Below, in pieces: positions 28,742 to 29,714 of a DNA stretch of 29,714 nucleotides. Where the stretch lies: the IMG/VR virus record IMGVR_UViG_3300020401_000065, positions 1 through 29,714 of that record. One strand, given 5' to 3'. Below the pieces are notes generated by a model, which worked only from the letters and a program-made list of their open reading frames with translations, had not been told where the DNA came from and ran no database searches. Position 1 is the first letter of the stretch; every line of letters starts with the position of its first letter. This DNA is from a virus. Its lineage: Duplodnaviria > Caudoviricetes. The position numbers and the translations under genes are program-made.

Positions 28742-29713
28742 TTATGACCTGTTTAGTTCTCCGTTAGAGTAGGATGATGTTACTTTATAACCAACACCAG
28801 AAATTTGTTCACCAGATGTAATAGTGTCTTTCACCATATTTATGGAACTACTGGGGATGTTAAAATCTAAGTATAAATCCTGTAAACCTATGACATCATT
28901 CGATTCTGGAAATGCTTGCACCTCAACAACATTATTTGGTCTCTCAGTTTCCGTTATATTAATCGTAGTTAGATTAACTTCTCCACGAATGTAATCAACC
29001 GTTCCAGCAGACTTAACCACAATAACATTAGTTCCCGTTACTAAATCTTTTTTAACTACTGATATGACACCAGTTAATTGATCCTCGTTAGGTGTATCAG
29101 TTATATACACAGTCTCTTTTGTGCCTTGAATTTTAAATCCTGTGCTTTTAATATTTAATCCACCAGGCTTTACATTAAACTGATTACCAAAACATAACTC
29201 ATATTGAGCAAATTTATTAATTAAGGCATTCAAATTTCTTCGTATTTTTATTCTTGTGATATTAGATGTTATTGATCGGTCTATGTTATCAATCACATTT
29301 AACACTTTACTATATTTAAATCTTCCACCAAACCTATTTACATCACCTGATTTTGAGTAAGTCGTTAATGCTCCAGTTATCTTCGTTCTTAAATCATTTA
29401 CATTTTCAACAGATGTTGAATTATAGTAAATAAATGATTCAACCTCAACAAATAAAACTTGTAGATCTACAATTTTCTGATTGATTCCAGTTAATGAATA
29501 ATTTTTTAACTTTTGTAGAATTTGTGTTTTATCAAAATCAGATACAAAATCACCATTTTTTGGTTTAATTGTGATGAAAACCGTGCCAAATTGTGGCGGA
29601 TCTAACTCTTCACCACCTACGACTGATACACTCTCTGTGTTAGGATATACAGTCTGTATGATTGATTCATAATCTCTTGCTGTAACTGCTCTGTATTGTG
29701 CTGAATAGAGTCT
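28742..29713 (-). CDS. gp6: Baseplate wedge subunit (T4 gp6-like), 5'-truncated by window
   Basis: At the window edge the frame of the track's 187-aa ORF reads RLYSAQYRAVTARDYESIIQTVYPNTESVSVVGGEELDPPQFGTV, a gp6 hallmark. The track shows only the last 187 aa. Confidence 0.93.
   Translation of the reverse strand, partial: RLYSAQYRAVTARDYESIIQTVYPNTESVSVVGGEELDPPQFGTVFITIKPKNGDFVSDFDKTQILQKLKNYSLTGINQKIVDLQVLFVEVESFIYYNSTSVENVNDLRTKITGALTTYSKSGDVNRFGGRFKYSKVLNVIDNIDRSITSNITRIKIRRNLNALINKFAQYELCFGNQFNVKPGGLNIKSTGFKIQGTKETVYITDTPNEDQLTGVISVVKKDLVTGTNVIVVKSAGTVDYIRGEVNLTTINITETERPNNVVEVQAFPESNDVIGLQDLYLDFNIPSSSINMVKDTITSGEQISGVGYKVTSSYSNGELNRS
28837..28844 (-). promoter_or_regulatory. Possible late promoter (CATAAATA) for gp7, inside the 3' end of gp6
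   Basis: Matches the relaxed NATAAATA cyanophage consensus about 97 nt upstream of the gp7 ATG. It could be chance in AT-rich DNA. Confidence 0.35.
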
Positions 29714-29714
29714 T

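Noticed and set aside
1-29714. CRISPR arrays, tRNAs, ncRNAs or DNA tandem repeats
   Set aside because: The longest intergenic gap is 34 nt, and the repeats I saw exist only at the protein level.
1-29714. Possible additional avoidance of AAGCTT
   Set aside because: I noticed no copy, and a couple of codon choices fit (GAG GCT TAC, AAA GCC TTA). An eye scan is not reliable enough, so it needs an exact 6-mer count.

Overview
This window is the late (virion structural) region of a T4-like myovirus. The protein motifs and gene order fit the marine cyanophage group (Kyanoviridae-like), and the low GC content would fit a Prochlorococcus-type host (inference). All credible genes are on the - strand and tightly packed. 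In order of transcription they are: gp6 (5'-truncated by the window), a 4221-aa gp7-like baseplate protein, gp8, a 2403-aa VrlC/DUF4815-like protein, five small or fibre-like genes, neck gp13 and gp14, tail terminator gp15, small terminase gp16, and a lysine-rich modular ORF (1..486) that the ORF track missed. Two TATAAATA late promoters are present. I saw no RNA genes, CRISPR arrays, mobile elements or inteins. The best leads are: (i) a complete type-1 copper (cupredoxin-like) domain spliced into the C-terminus of gp7; (ii) codon-level avoidance of CCWGG and GGWCC; (iii) a short G-[IVLF]-[GSTN]-[TS] motif spread across unrelated structural proteins; (iv) a possible protease-processed polyprotein after gp16; (v) small modules shared between different virion proteins. 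All family calls come from motif recognition, not database searches, and all counts were made by eye.
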